A DNA stretch of 64,000 bases from an uncultured Gemmatimonadota bacterium (GTDB taxonomy: Bacteria; JAAXHH01). Position 1 is the stretch's first letter, and every line of letters starts with the position of its first letter. A program made the translations under genes and the position numbers. The notes beneath the pieces were generated by a model. The model had not been told where the DNA came from. It saw only the letters and a list, made by a program, of their open reading frames with translations, and searched no databases. Where the stretch lies: the NCBI GenBank assembly GCA_951812955.1, contig OX638340.1, positions 1,344,001-1,408,000 of the forward strand, given 5' to 3'. This document shows positions 62,415 to 64,000 of the stretch, in pieces.

Positions 62415-62942
62415 ATGGGCTCGACCATACCGACCATACGATTCAGGGGCGGTAGAAAAGAAGAAGGTTTCGAACTGAACATCATGGTTTCCAAATGGCT
62501 GTTCGCCGGCTTCGCAGCGCTGGTCGTCGCCGCCATGTCGCTGGGTTACGCCGTGCTGCCCGCCCAATCGCAGGACGACCGGGGCCGCAAGGCCATCGCA
62601 CCCGGCCAGAACTACAGCGAGGCCATCGAGGCGGGAGACTTCGTGTTCCTTTCTGGTAAGATCGCGGCAGTTCGGGGCCGCATCATCCCGGGAGGCATTC
62701 AGGCGGAAACCAAGATGGTCATGGACAACCTGCAAGCGGCTCTGGCCAAGTCAGGGCTGACGATGGATGACGTCGTCAAGGCCACGGTGTTTCTTGGTGA
62801 CCTGGAGGACTTTTCCGCCATGAATGAAGTGTACCGATCCTACTACACGGGCGATCCGCCTGCCCGTTCTACCATCCAGTCGGGTGTCGTCCTCAACGCC
62901 GGCATCGAGATCGACCTGATCGCCTACCGTGGCGGACAATAG
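62415..62942 (+). CDS. ridA: RidA/YjgF/TdcF family protein with signal peptide
   Basis: C-terminal 120 aa match the RidA fold (GDFVFLSGKIA...TVFLGDLEDFSAMNEVY). Start at ATG 62415 preceded by GGGAGG. Confidence 0.7.
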   Translation: MGSTIPTIRFRGGRKEEGFELNIMVSKWLFAGFAALVVAAMSLGYAVLPAQSQDDRGRKAIAPGQNYSEAIEAGDFVFLSGKIAAVRGRIIPGGIQAETKMVMDNLQAALAKSGLTMDDVVKATVFLGDLEDFSAMNEVYRSYYTGDPPARSTIQSGVVLNAGIEIDLIAYRGGQ

Positions 62943-62967
62943 AAGTCGGACCTGCCGGGAAAGGCGA

Positions 62968-63987
62968 ATGAAAGAAAAAACGACCGTCGGCGTGATCGGC
63001 CTGGGGCTGGGACAGGCCCATCTCGCCGGCTATCTGAAGGACGAGCGGACCGAGGTCATCGGACTGGCCGACCTCGATGCCGGGTTGGTCGAGGATACCG
63101 CATTGCGGCACGGCGTGCCCCACGCGTTCACCGACTACCGGGACCTGGCCGCCCTGGGACCCGATCTGGTCAGCGTCTGCCTCCCAAATTTTCTCCACGC
63201 TCCCGTGACCATCGACGTGCTTGACGCCGGCGCTCACGTACTGTGCGAAAAGCCCATGGCGCTGAACGCGGGTCAGGCGCGGGACATGGCCTTCGCCGCC
63301 CGGCGCAACGGCCGGTACCTGATGATCGCCCTGAACAACCGGTTCCGCGCGGAGACCCGGATCCTGAAGAAGCTCATCGAGCAGGAAGTGCTGGGCGAGA
63401 TCTACTATGCCAGGACCGGCTGGTTGAGGCGGAGCGGCATTCCGGGACCCGGGACCTGGTTTACACGCAAGTCCCAGGCCGGCGGCGGTCCACTGATCGA
63501 TCTCGGCGTCCACATGATCGATCTCACGCGCTGGCTGATGGGCAACCCCCGGCCCGTTTCCGTGGTGGGCGCTACCTATTCCCGGCTCAGCGACTCGGTG
63601 GAAGGCGTTTTCGACGTGGAAGATCTCGGTGCCGCCTTCATCCGGTTCGAGGGCGACGCCACGCTCGTCGCGGAGACGAGCTGGGCCTCCCACGTGCCCT
63701 CCGAGGGATCGTACGTCAAGCTGATGGGTACCCGGGGCGGCGCCGAGATCACCGGGAACGACCTGACCGTCTATACCGACCTGCACGGCGAGCAGGTGAA
63801 TATCACGCCCGCCTACGCTCCGCGGGAATGGTCGGAATGCGTCGCCGCCGAGATCGCCCATTTCGTGGACTGCATCCAGGCCGGCCGCACGCCCATGTCA
63901 ACGGGCGAGCAGGGCGTCGAAATCATGCAGATCCTGGATGGCATCTACGAATCGGCCGCGGGCAATCGGATGGTCCACATCGATTAG
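62968..63987 (+). CDS. Gfo/Idh/MocA family NAD(P)-dependent oxidoreductase
   Basis: Rossmann N-terminus TVGVIGLGLGQAHLAGY, EKPMAL motif. Start at MKEKTT (62968) with a GGAAAGG RBS rather than 62929. Confidence 0.75.
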   Translation: MKEKTTVGVIGLGLGQAHLAGYLKDERTEVIGLADLDAGLVEDTALRHGVPHAFTDYRDLAALGPDLVSVCLPNFLHAPVTIDVLDAGAHVLCEKPMALNAGQARDMAFAARRNGRYLMIALNNRFRAETRILKKLIEQEVLGEIYYARTGWLRRSGIPGPGTWFTRKSQAGGGPLIDLGVHMIDLTRWLMGNPRPVSVVGATYSRLSDSVEGVFDVEDLGAAFIRFEGDATLVAETSWASHVPSEGSYVKLMGTRGGAEITGNDLTVYTDLHGEQVNITPAYAPREWSECVAAEIAHFVDCIQAGRTPMSTGEQGVEIMQILDGIYESAAGNRMVHID

Positions 63988-64000
63988 CGCGCCGCGGGGA

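Overview
GC-rich chromosomal window from a Gram-negative (diderm) bacterium: lipid A genes lpxB/waaA/lpxK plus bamD, lolA-like, rimO, smc, guaA, recJ and rnpB are all present. Identifications rest on protein motifs and gene order read by eye; no database search or exact GC computation was run. The first ~25 kb is an accessory/defence region: an EEP-family plus DUF1697 gene pair; a MntA/HepT (nucleotidyltransferase/HEPN) toxin-antitoxin module present twice as ~0.7 kb direct repeats, the second copy with an internally deleted hepT; a lower-GC Fic / PhyH-dioxygenase / amidohydrolase / retropepsin-like cargo between the repeats; and a complete type I-G (formerly I-U) CRISPR-Cas locus (cas3 with C-terminal HD, cas8u2/csx17, cas7u/csb1, cas5-cas6 fusion/csb2, cas4-cas1 fusion, cas2) followed by a 35-repeat array with a degenerate distal end and two tandem spacer duplications. 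Directly after the array lies a 1383-aa secreted lipoprotein combining Ig-like (Big_2) domains, plant-type leucine-rich repeats and a C-terminal metzincin protease. Downstream are an M23 peptidase, two tandem paralogous family-5 substrate-binding proteins, a HlyD/ABC-ATPase pair without permease, a lipid A cluster with a WaaA-LpxK fusion, guaA with a 675-aa unknown XPB-N-terminal-like protein, and a clearly AT-richer ~3.9 kb insertion carrying a Gabija-like gajA (OLD-family ATPase/TOPRIM) plus gajB (UvrD-like helicase) pair. After that come smc, coaE, nadD, bamD-like, rimO, lolA-like, an amidohydrolase, a B12-binding domain protein plus MeaB, recJ, RNase P RNA (minus strand), an 18-bp tandem repeat, a COG1579 zinc-ribbon protein, ridA and a Gfo/Idh/MocA oxidoreductase. 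Many long antisense ORFs in the track are GC artefacts.
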